From positions 35,216,001 through 35,280,000 of the forward strand of contig OX597834.1 of the NCBI GenBank assembly GCA_951406725.2: a stretch of 64,000 nt of DNA, written 5' to 3'. Below are positions 33,625-48,174 of the stretch, in pieces (the first letter of the stretch is position 1; the number at the start of each line of letters is the position of its first letter). The notes under the pieces are model-generated. The model was given only the letters and a program-made list of their open reading frames with translations, did no database searches and was not told where the DNA came from. The translations under genes were made by a program, and so were the position numbers. Source of the stretch: Octopus vulgaris. Its lineage: Eukaryota.

Positions 33625-36600
33625 TATACACATACACACGTGTGTGTATGTGTCTAGAGACAGGAGAGAAAATACTAAACCCATATGATTGTTTGCTCAA
33701 AGCTGATAGTTCATTGTATATGCTACTCCTAATTTCTTGTGTGTGTGTTGGTATATCTCGTAGCTATTATGTTAAACTGTCGTATGTCCAAATACGTTTT
33801 TTTTTTGTGGGGGGGTTTAAATATTTATTTTTGCTTGCAATAGCTGGTTCTTTTGGTCAAACTGTAGTACAACAGTTTTGCTATGGAATGGTGAAACTAT
33901 TTTTTTCATTTTCTGAAAAAAGCAACGTTTTGGACTTACGACACTTTTGCAATATAGCAACGATTATTGTGTGTGTGTGTGTAGGTATACAGAAATACAT
34001 GTACATAAATATTATTTCAAATGATGCTGATAATGATACACAAACACACATACATTCTCTCTCCTCTCCTTCAGACATTCTGCATATGCTGTGGTATGTT
34101 GCTGTCTGTTTACAATGAATAAACAATCATTGATGTTTTCACATACAAATATTTCTCTGTGCATGCTTATTATATCAGTTTGTGTTTACATCTCTCACAA
34201 GAAGTCAAGGCACTACTTGACAAACTGGCCTTGGTGTGTTTACATCCCCGAAACCTAGCGGTTCGGCAAAACAAACCGATAGAATTAGTACCACCAGACT
34301 TAAAATAAGTAAGCGCTGGGGTCGATTCATTCAACTAAAAATCCTTCAAGGTGGTGCCCCAGCATGGCCACAGTCTAAAGACTGAAATGAGTAAAAGATC
34401 AAAATAAGACACCAACCTCCAAAGCCTATTTATTGCAAAATACTCCTCTGCCAATTAACCAATTGTGATATTCAGGTGTTGGGGTAGAACCCTATCATAC
34501 CCCACCTACCTTTATGATCATTGATTGTAACTAATTAACTAATTGCTAATCACTGCTATAGCCTACCTCCCCCCACCAATATGTTGTATATTAATGCCAT
34601 TGTCAACCCTGTGACATCAATGTCTCAAGTTCTATGGCTCATAGGTTTTGTTGACCGGTTCCTATGGTATGGAAGTGACCAAGATCATAATGTCTTCCCT
34701 GCATTAGATGCCTGTCTGCCACAGGGTGACCGTTTACAGCTGAGTGGACTGGAGCAACGTGAAATAAAGTGTTTTGCTCAAAAACACAGCACACCACCTG
34801 GTTTGAGAATTGAAACCATCTTGAGATTGCGAGTGCCATAGCCTAACCACTAGGCCACATAACTACACATACATACCCACAATGATAACCCTCCTAATCC
34901 ATACATGACTATCTGGTTCAGTGGCTCTCAACCATTTTTAACCTATGGACCTCACTCACTACACTTTCGGAGTGGTTGGCATTAGGGAGGACATGCAGCT
35001 GTAGAAACCTTGCCAGATCAGATTGGAGCCTGGTGCAATCTCCTGGCTTGCCTGTCCTCAGTCAAACCATCCAAACCATGCCGGCATGGAAAGTGGACAT
35101 TAAATTATGATGATGATGATGATTACTTGTGTAGATTGGACTAAGTATAATGTTAGAGAATAAACTTTTAAATGTTGAGTTGTATTATATGGCCCAGTGG
35201 TTAAGGTGTTTCGCTCCTGATTACCAGATCGTGAGTTCAATTCCCAGAGTTGGTGGCATGTTGTGTTCTTGAGTGAAGCATTTCATTTCACATCGCTTTG
35301 AGGGCGTGAGACTGGCAGAGCCATTGGCATGTTGGCAGAAATGCTTTACAGTATATCTTCTGGTTCTCTGCATTCTCAGTTCAAACCCCAGCTGTTGAAT
35401 TTATTATGAAATTAAAGACATTCCAAAGCTTAGAATCTTGTATGGATTAGGAGGGTAAAAAAAATACCAGGTGATCCAAAGTGGAGGAAACTTGTGGGAG
35501 AGGAACCCATTGGAAGGTATGTTGAAAGCAGATTTCACAGGGCTGAACTTCAGAGTGGAGATGACAAAGGCCTGTAATAAGTAGCAAAACTATTCTTTTT
35601 TAAACGAACATGTTCATTCCAATTGTAACCATTTTGTCATTTTGGGAATACATCTAAGAATAAATACCCAATATGTTCTTTCTTTATTTAAAACAGTAGT
35701 GACTTGAGTATGATTAACTGCTTTTTCTAGTAGGTTCATGTAGAGGCATCACTCTATTAATCTGCTTGTGTGTGATATGGTTATAGTTTGTGATGGAAAC
35801 AGTTGATCTCAGGCAATATTCTCTCTAACTTTTTGTTTTTACTCTGTGTGTTTCGAAACGTGTTTGTGTGCAAATCTTGTCTTCCTTTGTAAAATAAGTG
35901 TGCATCCATGCAGGTAATACGACTGAGAATTGCTCAGATTTCTTCAATTAAAAAAGAAAAAGGGTTTCATTTTTCAAAACCTTATGTGCAAACGTTTTTT
36001 TTTCTTTCCTGTTGTGCATTAGTTATAAAGCACATGTGCACACACAATCACGCAGCATGGAGGGAACACTGATTTCAGGTTAAACTTATTCCAGTTGGAT
36101 ATTGGCCAAAGAGTGGGTTAATCTTGCTGTACTCCGAAGGAGTTCCATGATAAGTGTACATATCTGTTTCTTTATTACCCACAAGGGGCTAAACACAGAG
36201 GGGACAAACAAGGACAGACATAGGTATTAAGTCGATTACATCGACCCCAGTGTGTAACTGGTACTTAATTTATCGACCCTGAAAGGATGAAAGGCAAAAT
36301 CGACCTTGGTGCAATTTGAACTTAGAACGTAACAGCAGATGAAATACTGCTAGGCATTTCGCCCAGCGTGCTAACATTTCTGCCAGTCATCATTTAACAT
36401 CCATTTTCCATGCTGGCATGGGTTGGAGAATTTGACTAGATCCAGTAAGCTGCAGGGGCAGGGCTTTGGAGATCTTCAATGACATGTTTGGCATGGTTTC
36501 TAGGGCTGGGTGCCCTTCCTAATGCCAACAACATTACAAAGTAAACAGGGGTGCTCTGTTTGTGACAGAGGCCCTAGTGAGGTCCCTAAGTAACTTGCTA

Positions 36601-37920
36601 GACAAGTACAATAAAGGAGGGACAAGTCCCCCTGACCAAAAGTGTGGAGGGGGGTATTTTTGTGCCAGGTGTTGAAAGGTTAAAAAGTATAGGAGAAGGG
36701 CAAGCACAAGCGTCTTGCTGTAGAGGATATACATGGTTACACTGCATTATATAAGGGTAGGTAGGTAGGTGTAGCTAAAAGAATTTTCTAAGGAAAGGAG
36801 GACAACCAAAGCACAAATAAAACAGAAAAACGGTAAGATGACAATTCCTGACATAATGTCGATAATCTACAGGATCACCTCTTGGGAATAAAAAGAAAAA
36901 AGAAAATACTCAATAAAATCTGATTTAAAAATCAATGGTGATTGACTGAAATGGTTTTTATTGGAAAAAAAAAAAAACAAACGGTTTTTAACAACCATTT
37001 TAAGAGAAAGGAACTTGTTTTTAAAGCAATTCTTTATTGCTGTAAATTGTTTGTCAAAGAACAGCTGTCTATTAAAATATTCTTGTCAGATAATGTTTTC
37101 GTTTTATTTATTTATTTTTTATTTATGCCATTCTTTTACATACATGTGTGTGTGTGTATGTATGTATATATATATATATATATATAGGCGTGGCTGTGTG
37201 GTAAGAAGTTTGCAGCCCAACCACATAGTTTCAGGTTCAGTTCCACTGCATGGTACCTTGGGCAGATGTCTTCTGTAGCACTGAGCTGACCAAAACCATG
37301 TGAGTGAGTTTTGTAAATGGAAACAGGAAGGAGTCATCGTATATATATATACACACGTGTGTGTTTGTCTTTATGTTAAAATGTGTTTGTTCCCCACTGC
37401 GACATGGCAACTGGTGTTGGTTTGTTTATACACCTGTAATCTAGTGGTTCTGTAAAAGACACCAATAGAATAACTACTAGGCTTTAAAAACAGAAATAAA
37501 TTTTGGGGTCAATTCATTTTACTAAAAACCTCTCTTCAATGCAGTGCCCCAGCATGGCCACAGTTCAATGACTGAAACAAGTGAAAGAAAGAAGATTGTC
37601 ACTTTATTCTCGTTTAATTCTTCAGCATTGCAGCCACGTGTTGTTTAGCCGCAATTCATTCCTCATCTAACAGATGTATGGTTAAAGGCATTCCAGATGT
37701 GACCAGTTCGCCTTTTCACGTGTTTGAGTGGTATCTAGGACAACGTCATTATCCAGTGTATCATTTATTCGACCTTTTGGTTGCCATGTTCCTGTTCAAA
37801 TACACTGTTTCAATTAATTTCGAAGCTAATGAAAAAGCTAGCCGACTTAATGATTATTAAGCTGGGTCTTTGAAATAAATTAACATGAAATTTTGATAGA
37901 AATTCTTAATTTAGAACATT

Positions 37921-38593
37921 TTAACCCTTTCGTTACTGTATTTCTGTTGAGATGCTCTGTGTTTCTTTCAATTAATTTTAAATATAACAAAGAATTTAGT
38001 AAAATAACTTAGTTATCATTCAGCTAGTGTTAGGAACATAAATTGTGACTAAGGTTTGGTGGAAGATTTTAAATGAAAACAAGACATTTGTACTACAGAG
38101 GCAGTTTCAGGCAGGTTGATATCAAAAGGGTTAAGAATTGTTTCTCTACTATATATTTTAACCCTTTCATTACCGTATTTATTTTGAGATGCTTTGTATT
38201 TCTTTCAGTTACTTTAAATATAACAAAGAATTTACTAAAATAACTTAGTTATCATTAAGCTAGTGTTAGGAACATAAATTATGACTAAGGTTTGGTGGAA
38301 GATTTTAATTCAAAACTTAAGAAAACAAGGCATTTGTACTACAGAGCCAGAGGCGGTTTCAGCCAGGTTGGTATCAAAAGGTTTAACCTTTTAGCATTTA
38401 AACCGACCATATCTGGCCAAAATATTCTACCTGTTTTATTACCAAACTGACCAGATCTGGCCTTTCACACTAACCTTACAATATCATTCTAAAAACAGTA
38501 ACCTCTTCAAAATCTCAAAGGATGATTAATACAAAACAATGAGAATAAATAATCATTACTACTGACAGAATAATGTTGATGCTAAAGAGTTAA
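37921..38593. mobile_element. cluster of piggyBac-type MITEs (TTAA|CCCTTT...AAAGGG|TTAA)
   Basis: Units 37921-38134, 38158-38386, 38383-38593; further copies at 55586-55808, 58589-58812, 47950-48166, 6246-6460, 16996-17195. Confidence 0.8.
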
Positions 38594-40139
38594 AACAAAG
38601 AATTTGAATCATAGAACTAAGGGGAAGTTTTAGGTGTTTTTGTATTGAAAGAGTTAAGAAAGGCTTTGCCTTGTATTTCAAAGAATTACTTAACCTTTCT
38701 GTAGAAATGCATTGCCTTTTGTTTCAGTTAATTTTGAAATTAATGAAGAAATTAATCAAATAACCTTCATTAATTAAGTCAAGTGTTTAGAACATAAATG
38801 AACCTGGAAAATGGAAGGCTTTAATTTCGATCAATTTAAAACTGGGAGTTAGTTTCACAGAACGAAGGGTAGTTTTAGATGAGTTACAGAGCAACACAGC
38901 TGACGGTATCATACAGTATTTAACCTTTTTTTTTTTAAAAATAATATTGTATTTCTGTTGAAATAGCCTGCCTTGATTTCAATTAATTTTGAAACTAATG
39001 AAGAAATTAGCAAAATAAATTCATTATTAAGCTGGTGTTCAAGACCTAAATTAATAGAAAATTTTGATTAAAGGTTTTAATTTAGGTTATTCTGAAACAA
39101 GAATTTTGTACTTTAGAGTCCAGGAGCAACCTCAGCTGGTTGGCATTGAATGGGATAAGGTGGTACGATGTGATTTGATTGGGATTTGACTGTTTTTTTT
39201 TTAAAGCAGATCAAGTAACTATGAAGAGGTTCCTTCAACAATTTGACAATGTTATAAATCTTGTTTGGTTTCTTTAAGTTTATTTTGGCTTTCCTGAAAG
39301 TTTCAGTTTCACTATAAGTTAAGCAGTCCATTCACATCACCCAGGTACCACCACCACCACCATCATCACCATAACATCCACTTCTCCATGCTTGCATGGG
39401 TTGGGTAGAATTTGTTGAGGCAGCTTTTCTACAGCTGGATGCCCTTCCTGTCACCAACCCTCGCCTGTTTCCAAGCAAGGGAATATTTTCCCAAGGCCAA
39501 GCATGTTTTCACAGAAGATTAAAAACAAAGGATACCATCTGCGTGGTGGTGATGCTCGTTTACAACTATCACCAGGAGACAATAATACCTCTCCCCCACC
39601 ACCACACACATACATGATTATATGACAGGCTTCTTTCAGTTTCCATCCACTTACTAGGCTCGGGACTATAGTAGCAGCCACTTACCCAAAATGGCACACA
39701 AACTTCTGGGGTACTGTAGGCTCTTAACACCCCTCATACCATTATTATGTACAGGCTTTTGATGTCCTGGGTACTGTAAGGGAGTGTTTTATTCTCATTC
39801 CCCATCAGATATATCCTTTTCTACTCTAGGCACAAGGTCTGAAATTTTGGGGGAGGGGGCAGTCGATTAGATTGACCTAAGTACGCAACTGGTACTTAAT
39901 TTATCGACCCCGAAAGAATGAAAGGCAAAGTTGACCTCGGCGGAATTTGAACTCAGAACGTAAAGACAGACGTGATACTGCTAAGCATTTTGACCAGCAT
40001 GCTAACATTTTCGCCAACTCCCTGTCTTCCCCCATCAGATACATGACCATTGATAGCTCTTATTTCATGTTAGGTGAGATATAGGTCATTGCTGATAACA
40101 GTAGCATATGGATCACAGCTATTATGTAATTAGTATTTA

Positions 40140-41046
40140 ACTGGTAGTTAACAAAACTTGGGTTTGGGTCGTATCTCTTATATGATTACAGTGCTTAGGT
40201 CATAACTTATAATTAGCATTTAGATACTAAGTGTCATACTATAACTTAGTGTTTGGGCAGTAGCTATTGTATAACTAGTGTTTAGGTCAAAGCTATTATA
40301 TATCTGTGATGTTTAGGTTATAATTACTAGTGTTTAGACCATAGCTGTTACTTAGTGTTTAGGCTAAAGCTGTTATCTGTAGTATTTAGATCATAATTAT
40401 ATATCTGTAGTGTTTGGGCTATAGCCATTATATATCTGTAGTGTTTAAGCTATATCTGTTGTCTAGTGTTTAGCTCATAATCATAGTAACTATTATATAG
40501 GCCATAGCTGTCATATCTGTAGTGTTTAGGCCACAGCTGTTGTATATCTGTAGTGTTTAGGCTAAAGCTGTTTTATATCTGTAGTGTTTAGGCTATAGGT
40601 GGTATATCTGTAGGATTTAAGCTAAATCTGTTGGCTGGTATATATCTATAGTGTTTAAGCTAAAGCTGTTTTTGTATTTGCCGTGTTTAGGCCATAACTG
40701 TTTTATATCTAGTGTTTAGGCCATAGTTATTTTATATCTAGTGTTTAGGCCATAGCTGTTATATATCTATAGTGTTTAGGCTAAAGCTGTTATATATCTA
40801 TAGTGTTTAGGCTAAAGCTGTTATATATCTATAGTGTTTAGGCTAAAGCTGTTATATATCTATAGTGTTTAGGCTAAAGCTGTTTTGTTTTGTATCTAGT
40901 GTTTAGGCTATAGGTAGTATATATATATATAGTATGTAGGCTAAATCTGTTATCTGTAGTGTTTAGGTCATATCTGTTATATATCTATAGTGTTTAAGCT
41001 AAAGCTGTTTTGTAATGCTGTTATCTATAGTGTTTAGGCCGTAGCT

Positions 41047-41081
<35 letters not shown>

Positions 41082-41125
41082 CTAGTGTTTAGGTCATAGT
41101 TGATATAAGTGGTGTTTAAGTTGTA
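40140..41125. repeat. ~31-bp minisatellite
   Basis: unit GTGTTTAGGCTAAAGCTGTTATATATCTATA; exact copies at ~40770-40885, decaying outward. Confidence 0.9.
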
Positions 41126-42015
41126 GTTGTTGAGTGCTTGCCTCCAATATTGGAATTGTTTTCACTTTGTTGTGTTTTCATTTTGCCTTTGTTTATTTTT
41201 TTGTTGTGGTTTTTTTATTTTTATATTTTTATCAATTTATATCTCATTACACCTTGTGCACTCTCTGTATCGTTTCCATAGAGACCGGTTCTTCCTTCCC
41301 ACCATCCGTTCGTTCCTACTATTCAGCTGCTAAATTACCAAACTACTGTCTTGAATTTACTTGCAGGAGAACTTTGTAATGAAAGCTGGTTTATTTATGT
41401 TTTAAATCCTACTCCCAAGTCTGTGGGGGTGCTGCTATATGATGCACTCAAAACTTCACTGACTGATGATGCTGATGATGATGATGGGGATGGGCAGGTG
41501 GGGGTTAGATGCGGTGATGAGGATGATGGGGGGTGGGGAGTGAAGATGATGACAGTGATGATGATGGTGTTGCTGCTGGAGGTGGTAGAGATGTTGATAA
41601 TGGTGGGGGGTGCTGCTGCTGGTGAAGATGATGGCGGTGGGGGGGGGGGGGTGCTTGTGAAGATGATGGCGGTGGGGGGGGGTGCTTGTGAAGATGATGG
41701 TAGCAGTGGCAGTGATGATACTACTTTAAGTTCAAATCTTTTCTTATACTGCAAAAAAAAAAAAAAGAGAGGAAAAAAAAATTTTTTTAATTGAGTAATC
41801 AGAAAAGGAGAGGTAGTATCCCTCCCTTGCCCCCGTCCTTTGCTAGCATCCCCTTTTGCAGACATTTTAAGATTGATGAAGCTGACATCCAAACTGAAGG
41901 ATGGATGTGGCAGGGAGAGAAAGAACAAGGAGTCTGGGCCAAATACTTGCAACAAGGTGAAATTTACTAAAGACAGCCTCAAAACCACATGGTGGACACA
42001 TAGAGCTTTTACCTT

Positions 42016-42248
42016 TTGTTTCAGTCAACTGCGGCCATGCTGGGGCACCGCCTTGAAAAATTTTGTTCTAATGACTTGTTTCAGTCATTAGACTGCGGTC
42101 ATGCTGGGGCACCGCCTTGAAGAATTTTGTTCTAATGATTTGTTTCAGTCATTAGACTGCGGCCATGCTGGGGCACCGCCTTGAAGAATTTTGTTCTAAT
42201 GACTTGTTTCAGTCATTAGACTGCGACCATGCAGGGGCACCGCCTTGG
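42016..42248. repeat. four tandem ~64-bp copies of a SINE terminus
   Basis: TTGTTTCAGTCATTAGACTGCGGCCATGCTGGGGCACCGCCTTGAAGAATTTTGTTCTAATGAC starting at 42016, 42076, 42140, 42204. Confidence 0.9.
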
Positions 42249-43139
42249 ACAAACCAACCCTGGTGCTTATTTTATGTTTGAAGCCTTAATTTGTTGGTCT
42301 CTGTTGCTGAACTGCTAAGTTACAGGGACGTAAACACACCAGCACCGGTTGTCAAGCAGTGGGGGGAGGCGATACACACATATACATGGCAGGCTTCATT
42401 TTGGTTTCCATCTACCAAGACCACTGACAAGGCTTTGGTTGGCACGAGGCTATAGTAAAAGGTGCTTACCCAAGGTGCCACACAGCCATGCCTGTTCCTT
42501 TGGTAGGGAGAGGAAAAAAAAAAAAGAAAAATATATTTTGATGAAAAATCCCTCAAACCTAACACAAGGGGGTCAAAAGAGGGGCCACTGCTAAATGTGA
42601 ATGTTAAACTTCAATGCATTGTTGGTGTGTCACGGGTAATGTTTCTCAGTAAAGCTTGGTCCCTGTTTGGGGCATCTGTAAAGGCACGGGGCCTTGTGGT
42701 TAGGGTGTTGCACTCACAACTGAACTGCTAGATCATGAGTTCAATTCCTGGACCGGAAGGTGCAATGTGTTCTTGAGCAAAACTTCATTTCCCGTTGCTT
42801 CAGCTCACTCGCCTATAAAGGGGTCACCCCAAGACAGAAAAGCTGTCTGGCCTTCCGATCAGGAGGAGTGGTGGCCTGTTCACCTAGCTACTGGTGCGGT
42901 GTGGTGTCATTCGGAAAGCTAAAAATAATGTGAAGCACACTGTGACCAGCGATGTAGGACAACGTCTGATAGTCTTGTCGATTACTATGATTTGATGTAT
43001 CTAAGGTGTTGTTGTTGTTGCTGTTAAACCTCAGCCAACCATAATCAGAGAAAATTACATTAAAACCTCTTCAGGGCCATGGTTAGGAGTATAAAAACAA
43101 AGAAACAATTTGGGTGTCTTTTACTATTATATTTGGGCT

Positions 43140-43520
43140 CTTTTTACTCTTTTACTTGTTTCAGTCATTTGACTGCGGCCATGCTGGAGCACCGCCTTTA
43201 ATCGAGCAACTCGACCCCGGGACTTATTCTTTGTAAGCCCAGTACTTATTCTATCGGTCTCTTCAGCCGAACCGCTAAGTGACGGGGACGTAAACACATC
43301 AGCATCGGTTGTCAAGCAATGCTAGGGGGACAAACACACACACACATATATTTATACGACGGGCTTCTATCAGTTTCTGTCTACCAAATCCACTCACAAG
43401 GCTTTGGTCGGCCCGAGGCTATAGTAGAAGACACTTGCCCAAGGTGCCACACAGTGGGACTGAACCGGGGACCATGTGGTTGGTAAACAAGCTACTTACC
43501 ACACAGCCACTCCTGCGCCT
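43140..43520 (-). mobile_element. full-length tRNA-derived SINE, family 2 (also 54762-55119, 37186-37594)
   Basis: head GGCGCAGGAGTGGCTGTGTGGTAAG...TTCAGTCCC, internal (TG)n, tail GACTGAAACAAGTAAAAGAG; many partial copies in window. Confidence 0.85.
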
Positions 43521-46500
43521 ATACCTTATAACCAATACCTTATGAGTGAAGGCAGCAAGCTGGCAGAAACGTTAGCATGCCGGGTGAAATGCTCAGCAGT
43601 ATGTCGTCTGTCTTTACGTTCTGAGTTCAAATTCCACTGAGGTCGACTTTGTCCTTCATTCTTTCAGGGTTGATAAATTAAGTACCAGTTGCATACTGGG
43701 GTCAATCTAATCGACTGGCTCCCTCCCCACAAAATTTCAGGCCTTGAGGGAGATTTGTCTGTTATTTCTAGTCAGTAAGAGATCAAGCTGTGTCGCTTTG
43801 AGGGAGATTTGACTGCTATGAATATTACCTGCGATGGACAGGTAGCTTATCCATGAAGAGCTTTTTTTCTCATGACAGTGTCTCTTTGTTACCTCAGTCC
43901 ATTCCAGTTGTCAATAGAAACCACCGGATCATATGAGAAATATTACCGGTGATAGACTGGTGTCATATCCAGGAGATTTATCTCGCATCACATTGTCTCT
44001 ATAGTGCTATTCTATATTACTTCAGTTCACCTTAGCTGTCAACAGGCACCAGTTGATGATCCGGGAGTGCTACTTCTGATGGACTTGCTTCTTATCCATG
44101 AGGAAGTTTATCTCGCATCACACTGTCTTTATGATGCAATGCTCTACTCTGCATTACCTCAGTTCACTCTCACTGTCAATAGGTATCAGCATATGATCTG
44201 GCTTCGTATCCATGAGGGAATTTGTCTCGCATCCATAGTCTCAGGTGGTACATCATCTTAGTTCATGAGCGCAGATGTGGCTGTGTGGTAAGAAGCTTGC
44301 TTCCCAATTACATGGTTCCAGGTTCAGTTCCACTGCATGGCATCTTGGTCAAATGTCTCCTACTATGGCCTTGGGCTAACCCAAGCCTTGTGAGTTGATT
44401 TGGTCGACAGAAACTGAAAGAAGCCTGTTGTATATGTGTGTGTGAACCTAGAACCATGTAGTTGTGAAACACAGTTCTTACCACACAGTGGCGGTGGTGG
44501 TGGGGTTGGCAATGAGGAGTGTTTCAAATATTAGTTGCAATTTTTCAGGAAGTGAAACTTGAAGTGAATTAGAATCCATACGGTGATGTGTAATTAATAC
44601 AATTTCTGCGATGAGTAAAATGCAAAAAAAAAAATTTAAAAACAAAAGATTAAAATTTTTTTTTTCTAAAGTTTATTTTTCTGAATGAATTTGTTTTTCA
44701 AAAATTTGAAGAAAAATAATTTTTTTCCTTTTTTTTCTATTTTTAAGAAATTTTAATTTAAGAAAAAAAAATAGACCTTAATTCTCATTGTTAGAATTAT
44801 ATTGAACCTAGAACTGTTTAGAAATATTTGTGTGATGATGAATAGCTGGGTGAGTCACAAGGGATGAGTGTGACTAGCTCTTAGTTTTTAGCTGGGGGGG
44901 GGTTTCAAGTTGAATGTGAGGTAAGGCTTCTCTTGGATAATGGTACCATTTCTGGGTATTTGGAACCACTGGGTACCACCTCAGGGTAAAAAAATATGTA
45001 GGGATTAACGTTTCAACATAATGAAATGACCCCATATATATAAATATATATATATAATAATTATTTGAGGGAATTATTAATCCTAACTTACTGGGAAAAA
45101 TTCAATTTAGAAATACTAAATCAAATTTCACACAATATAATATAAAATCCTTAAATCCTTAAAAATGTTTTAGCCCAAAGGTCGCGGCCATGCTGGGGCA
45201 ACCACCTTTGATATATTATTTTATAAACTTCCATACAGTTTCCACTTTGTACAGTGGGACTGAACCTGAAACCACATAGCTGCTAAGCAAAGTTCTTAAC
45301 CACATGTTGGTTTTTATTTAGACGTCATCGGAGTGCTCAATACATATTGTAGAGACTATGTCTTTTTTATTGGAATTTACCCAAGTGGCCTTTCTACAAA
45401 TGTCTTCTACTATAGCCCCTGGATATGAATTATATTCCATTTTATTGCTTTTGTAAAAAAATAATTTTACTGGATCTGAGACCAGGAATGGATATATATA
45501 TACATATATCTGGTCAATACATCTGGAAATGTCCATCCTCAGGCCAGACACGAGTGATTGTTTTAGTCAATTCCACATTGGTTTCACATTGCAGTTGTGT
45601 ATGCATATGTCCACAGTACGTGTGTACTAACTGTCCAGTTTATGTTGCACTCAATGGTCATCTTTGCCACCATGTGGTAATGTCATCTCAAACAGGCTCC
45701 TACCACATGTGTGGGTGTGTGTGTGGATATGAAGATGATGGTTGTGCATGTGGAAATTATGATATGAATGTATAGGAGGATCATTCCATGTGTGTGTGTG
45801 TTAGGAAGTGTGCAGTTGTTGTGTGTGTGTGTATGTGTGCATGTAAGGAAATTGTATGTGTGTGTGTGTGCATGTAAGGGAGTGTACATCTGTAAGGATG
45901 ATCATTCTGTGTATTGGTTTGTGAGTGTGTTTGTGTGTGTGTGTGGTGCTTGGTGTATGATTGATCTTCGTAAAATATGGGAAATTAATGTGTATTTTAT
46001 TATGATTGATGTTTGCGAAATGTAATAGATATTAAATCTGTGTGCATACGTGCTTGTGTGTGTGTGTGTGTGTGTAAATGTACTCCCCTCCCCCTTCTCT
46101 CAGGCCAGTAATCTCTGTAGCCACTCCATCAAACACTGCTACATCAGAGGAATCGAGAGCCAGTCAGTCAGTACACTTGTGTCTATAAACCATCTTTGTT
46201 GTGTAGCAATCTTCTTTATTTACAACTGGGCAATCTCTTCTTACATAAGAGAAATGGTTCTACAAAATGGAAGGGGACTGTAGCGGAGGTGGCGGTGGGG
46301 TAGGGGTCTGGTAATCATCTTAGCACGGTGGTGTTTGATTAACCCTAGGTCAGTTCTGATCCTGTTGACCAGTGGTTCCCAGCGGAGTCCATATACAATT
46401 TGTTAAAAATTTATGTGCAATACATGTGGGATTTATGTGCAGTGGTGGTGCAGCATGGCCGCAGCCTTCGGGCTAAAACATTTTTAAGGATTTAAGGAAT

Positions 46501-46731
46501 ACAATCAATTATACTTCAACAATATGCAAAATGTTTTAACAATTTTGTTTTTATGTAATTCCCAATAATATTTAACTTTAAAAATGCAATAGGGTTTTTT
46601 GTTTTTTTTTTAACCTTGAATGGTTATGGAGGGTCCATCTGAGTAAAAGAGGAGCCAAAAGGGGTTTCCATAGGCAAAAAATGGAGAATCACTTGTGAAA
46701 AATTTCTTCTGTAAAAAGAATGGGTTAGCAC

Positions 46732-47241
46732 CAGGGCTGTGGAGTTGAAACAAAAGACTCTGACTCTGACTCCTCTTTATGTAACTGAGTGACTGTGGTC
46801 TGCATATCTCATAAAGCTTATGCATACGCTTGTACTCTGAGTCAGCCTATACATTATAACTGGTTTGTATTAAAGAAGAAAGACACTGTGAGTTGGAGTT
46901 GGGGTTGGTATAGTTTTACTGACTCAAGGCGGCAAGCTGGCAGAAACATTAGCATGCCAGGCGAAATGCGTAACCGTATTTCGTCTGCCATTAGGTTCTG
47001 AGTTCAAAATTCCACCGAGGTCGACTTTGCCTTTCATCCTTTTGGGGTCAATTAAATAAGTACCAGTTACGCACTGGGGTCGATATAATCGACTTAATCT
47101 ATTTGTCTGTCCTTGTTTGTCCCCTCTGTGTTTAGCCCCTTGTGGGTAGTAAAGAAATAGGTATAGTTTTACTGAATCTGACTACCTCTTAATTGTTCCC
47201 GATTCCGACTCCACAACTCCGACTCTGACCCCATTTCCCTG
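46732..47241. mobile_element. hAT-type MITE with GACTCC repeats, hosting a SINE
   Basis: CAGGG...CCCTG ends, 8-bp TSD GTTAGCAC on both sides. Confidence 0.75.
46927..47160 (+). mobile_element. full-length tRNA-derived SINE, family 1 (also 63504-63732, 48937-49165, 36163-36387, 31070-31316)
   Basis: A box TGGCAGAAACATTAGC, B box GTTCAAAATTCC, core TTCATCCTTT.GGGGTC.ATAAATAAGTACCAG; flanked by a duplicated GTATAGTTTTACTGA target site. Confidence 0.85.
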
Positions 47242-48174
47242 GTTAGCACATTGGACAAAATGCTTTTCAGCGTTTCATGTATCTTTGCATTCTGAGCTTA
47301 ATGTTTGACTTAGCAAAATGTATGAACAAAAGAAAAATTACTTGTCTCTTTTCAGGTTTAGGGGTTAAGGGTTGTGTTTAATGTTAAAAAAGATTTTAAA
47401 TGTTCTTACATGTGTTTTTATGTATCTCTGTGTGCTATTCAAATCTTTGACCTTTTATTTGTTTGAGTCATTGGGACTGAGGCCATGCTGGGGCACTTGG
47501 CTTTAAGGGTTTAGCCAAACAAATTGGCTCCAGTACTGATGCTTTAAAAAGAAAAAATCTGGTACTTATTCTGTTGATCTCTGTTGCTGAGCTGCTAAGT
47601 TACAAGGATATGTACAAAGCAGCACCAGTTGTCAAGTGGTGGTGGTGGTGATGGCGGTAGGGGTTAGCACAAATAGAAAGACATACACACACAAAAAGGA
47701 ATGCCCAGTCTAGGCTGTAAAGTGGTTGGCATTAGGAAGGGCATCCATCTGTAGAAACCATGTCAAAGTAGACCCCTTAGTATGATGCAGTCCTTGGACT
47801 CAAAGGATCCTTGTCAAACTGGCCACCCTGTGCCAACATGGAACATGGACATTAAATGGGGATAATGAAGAATTTAGTAAATTATCTTCACTAATTATTT
47901 TGGTGGTGTTTGGGACATGAACTAACATGGAATTTTGATGGAAGGTTTTGATCCTTTAGCATTTAAGCTGGTCATATATGGCCAAAATATTCTACTTGTC
48001 AAGCTGGCCAGATCCAGTTTCTCATACCTCCCATACAGTGCCAATCCAAAAATAAACAATCTCATTATTGAAATCTCAAAGCTACAAGATAATGTACGAT
48101 TAATTCAAAACAACGTGAATAAATCAATATCACATTTGACAAAATAGTCTGAATGCTAAGGGGTTAATTCAGAT

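Noticed and set aside
41351-41988. 147-aa and 197-aa overlapping ORFs
   Set aside because: Low-complexity GAT/GGT repeats; no domain similarity or splice context.
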